Below are positions 60,520-64,000 of a stretch of 64,000 nt of DNA, one piece after another. Positions within the stretch are counted from its first letter, which is position 1. Every line of letters begins with the position of its first letter. The translations under genes and the position numbers were made by a program. The notes below the pieces were generated by a model. The model was not told the DNA's origin. It made no database searches and worked only from the letters and a program-made list of their open reading frames with translations. This stretch comes from Eledone cirrhosa (Eukaryota): NCBI GenBank assembly GCA_964016885.1, contig OZ024749.1, positions 45,570,001 to 45,634,000 on the forward strand, given 5' to 3'.

Positions 60520-60772
60520 TATATAAATCCCCCTCTCAATATAAAGATGCAATGCAGATAATAATGTCATGCCAAAAGATCACTTGAAATTATATTATCG
60601 ATAAAAAAAAACATTTGAATCCTTATCTGTAATTCACAAGAAGATAATTGATCAGCATTTAACATTGACACAAACAACAAGAATACACACAAACCCACAC
60701 ATACACTGAAAAACACACACATACACACACATATTTACATCCACAAATACATCCACCCAAACACACACACAC

Positions 60773-60854
<82 letters not shown>

Positions 60855-61019
60855 ATATATTGTCCTTTCGACCTCATCCTCGTCATCAACAACATATCAT
60901 TTTCATCTATCATCATTATTGTTAATAGAAGTTTTAGTAGTGGCTGTTGTTGCTGTTATAGCTGCTGTCGTTATTAAAATTATGTTAGTTAGTGTTGTTA
61001 TTTTTATTTTATTTAATTT

Positions 61020-61057
<38 letters not shown>

Positions 61058-61327
61058 AGTTCATGCAAAACGATGTGGCTAATTTCACCAAGATGAAATC
61101 TTAAATGCACATACGTGCATGCTTCGTATCATATTTGCTCCATATTTATTATTCACCTGATATCTTTCTTGCCTAAGTTTAAGATAAATAGCATGTGGAG
61201 TTTATCTAGATCAACTTTATTATCTTTTATTATTACGATCATTGTTTTGTTTTATCCACCAAGTCACACACACATACAACTTCATAGATATATACATGAG
61301 AGTGTATATTAGCGAATAATTACATGT

Positions 61328-61397
<70 letters not shown>

Positions 61398-61732
61398 TTA
61401 TATATATACATGATTATATATATATATATAAGTTTCTATGTGTTTGTGGTAAGTATATCTGGGGGATATTTGCTCTTAGTCAGAAAAGGTTTTATAATGT
61501 GAAAATTGTATGCTAATGGGCATTATTTGAACCTTAAAATACTATTTAACCGGTGATGATAATCAAATTTCAAAACCCAACCATATTTATTGTATTCAGC
61601 TTAATCATATACATTTATTTCATAATTAAATTTCATATATCTTTTTCAATACTCTGTATTTTATAAATTTTTCTCCGATTATATATTTTCCAATACTTCC
61701 AATACAATACAGATATATGTACATAAGTATAT

Positions 61733-61807
<75 letters not shown>

Positions 61808-61842
61808 GTGTGTGTGTATAGATATCTCTTTCTGTCTCTCTC

Positions 61843-61943
<101 letters not shown>

Positions 61944-62400
61944 TTGTGTGTATATGCATAAGTGTATGTGTGTGTTTTAGTATGCGTACCTTATATGATA
62001 CAAGTTGTTGTACTGACGTATGATGAGCGTAAATATTCTTTTAATAAAGCTTTATGATTATATATAAAAATATTAAAAATGTAAGTACTTTAATACAGAT
62101 GCCTTTGTACGAATAATCTATGAAATGGATTAAAGCTAAACCATATATAGACATCGCAGATACAAGCCACATCAAAGAACAAGATAAAATATATTTCGAA
62201 ATTAGACAGTCGTTCATAGCTGTATCTATACAGGCACACTTTTCTCTCATACACAATCATTCACTTAAGCACATGCACACTCAATTGCGCGCGCATGTAC
62301 ACACATAAATATATACCTGTGCATTCAAATATAAACATAAATATATATAAATAAGTATGTGTGTGAATGTGTGTGAATGTATATATATATACATTCACAC

Positions 62401-62473
<73 letters not shown>

Positions 62474-62552
62474 ATATATATACATACACACACGCACACA
62501 CACATATATATATACATATATATCATATATATATATATATATACATATATAT

Positions 62553-62652
<100 letters not shown>

Positions 62653-62919
62653 TATCATATATATATATACATAGCATGCAAATACACACAGATGCACATG
62701 TGTATACATATGTATTCTTTTACATGTGTGAGTGTAATGTGTGTGTATGTGAGTGGTTTTGTGTACGTTGGTAAATGTGATAGATAATGAACAATACAAG
62801 GTTGGAAATAAAATCTAATTCGTGTAACAAAAAATAACAATTGTATCTGATTCATTTAAAGGGACAAACGGAGTAAAAAATAAGAACTAACACCGCCATC
62901 ACATCCACCGTCACTATGA

Positions 62920-62920
<1 letters not shown>

Positions 62921-63004
<84 letters not shown>

Positions 63005-63025
63005 ATAATAATAATAATAATAATA
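62921..63025. repeat. (ACT)n-(AAT)n compound microsatellite
   Basis: Directly visible. Confidence 0.97.
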
Positions 63026-63457
63026 TTGAATTTAATAATGATAATTGTAATAATGTAAATAATAAGAATTTCCGATTTAATATAAGCAATAATATTAATA
63101 ATGTTTTTACTGAGATCAATTTTCGATGAAATAGAACATCGTTTATTATAGGTTTATTTAAAGCCAGACTTGTGGTGAAAGTACATTTACATGCGTTCAA
63201 TAATCGATCGTCACAATTTTCTCTACATTTTCTGAAATGTTATACATATGTATGCGAAATTGTGTGAAAAGATGCGTGGAACTGTGGGTACGTTTGTGGT
63301 CTGATGATCACCAAGTCCTGGGACATTTTCTCCTCGTGACAACATGATGTGTTCCTAAGAAAAACTCTGTAATTGATGCTGATCCTACTATTAGGATTTT
63401 AAAACAGGCATATATCAACATCCTACAGAGAACTGGAATCACTATTATATAGGCCAG

Positions 63458-63634
63458 GGCAGTGAATTGGCAGTATCCGTAGTGGGTCGGACGCCAGGCC
63501 TTCCAGCATAGTTACTACGATCTGAGTTCAAATTCCGTGGAGGTTAACTTTGCCTTTCATCCTAAAGGGGTCGATAAAATAAAGTACCAGTAATGGAAAG
63601 AGTATTTGCTGGCCTTGTGTCAAAAGTAAAAACA
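63458..63634 (+). mobile_element. tRNA-derived SINE family A, full length
   Basis: Family A head, B-box and tail; TSD ATTATAyAGGCCAG (63444-57 / 63635-48). Confidence 0.9.
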
Positions 63635-63678
63635 ATTATACAGGCCAGACTGAACGATTTTCACACACACACATCTAT

Positions 63679-63820
63679 GAAGGCTTGTAGCTGATTGGTT
63701 ACAAAACGGGATTCGCAATCATGAGATTATCAGTTCGATTCCTGGACCAGGCGATGCGTTATATCCTTCCGCAAGCAACTTTCATTTCACGTTGCTCCTT
63801 CTACTTGGAGTTGCGACCAA
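63679..63820 (+). mobile_element. SINE family B 5' part
   Basis: B-box GTTCGATTCCTGG followed by TTTCATTTCACGTTGCTCC, shared with the 50329 copy. Confidence 0.7.
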
Positions 63821-64000
63821 TAGATAGTATTAGCAATTGGAAAGACCAACGGAAACATAGTCACCACGGTTTGATTTGACGATAGTCGATCAAATCTTCT
63901 ATATATATGTGTGAGGTATTTTCGCCTTCCTCTTATCGCTTGAGTTGTTACAAAGTTAGAAATCATTTTTCAAATTTACAATGAGGAATCTATCGTTTGT

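Overview
This is a very AT-rich eukaryotic non-coding window saturated with (TA)n, (CA)n, (TC)n and trinucleotide microsatellites. The SINE repertoire resembles what I recall from octopus (coleoid cephalopod) genomes; that host call is inference, not a search result. I cannot support any intact protein-coding gene, and almost all listed ORFs are translated microsatellites. Supported content: (1) about 13 copies of a ~190-bp tRNA-derived SINE, several with clear target-site duplications, and 3 copies of a second CORE-like tRNA-SINE; (2) two non-autonomous Helitrons (TC...hairpin-CTAG in an A|T site), one with a duplicated 305-bp 3' end; (3) several foldback/MITE-like inverted repeats; (4) most interesting, many short elements sitting inside (TA)n tracts that carry minimal type-I hammerhead ribozyme motifs with palindromic stem III, often followed by AATAAA. 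Six such motifs of unrelated sequence fall within 15.4-21.4 kb, including canonical cores and U3-A8 and U4C variants. A ~140-190-bp (TA)n-targeting structured element family shows a fixed terminus, microhomology-joined inversions and a poly(A)-centred palindrome. These look like Penelope-like pLTR/retrozyme-type elements.
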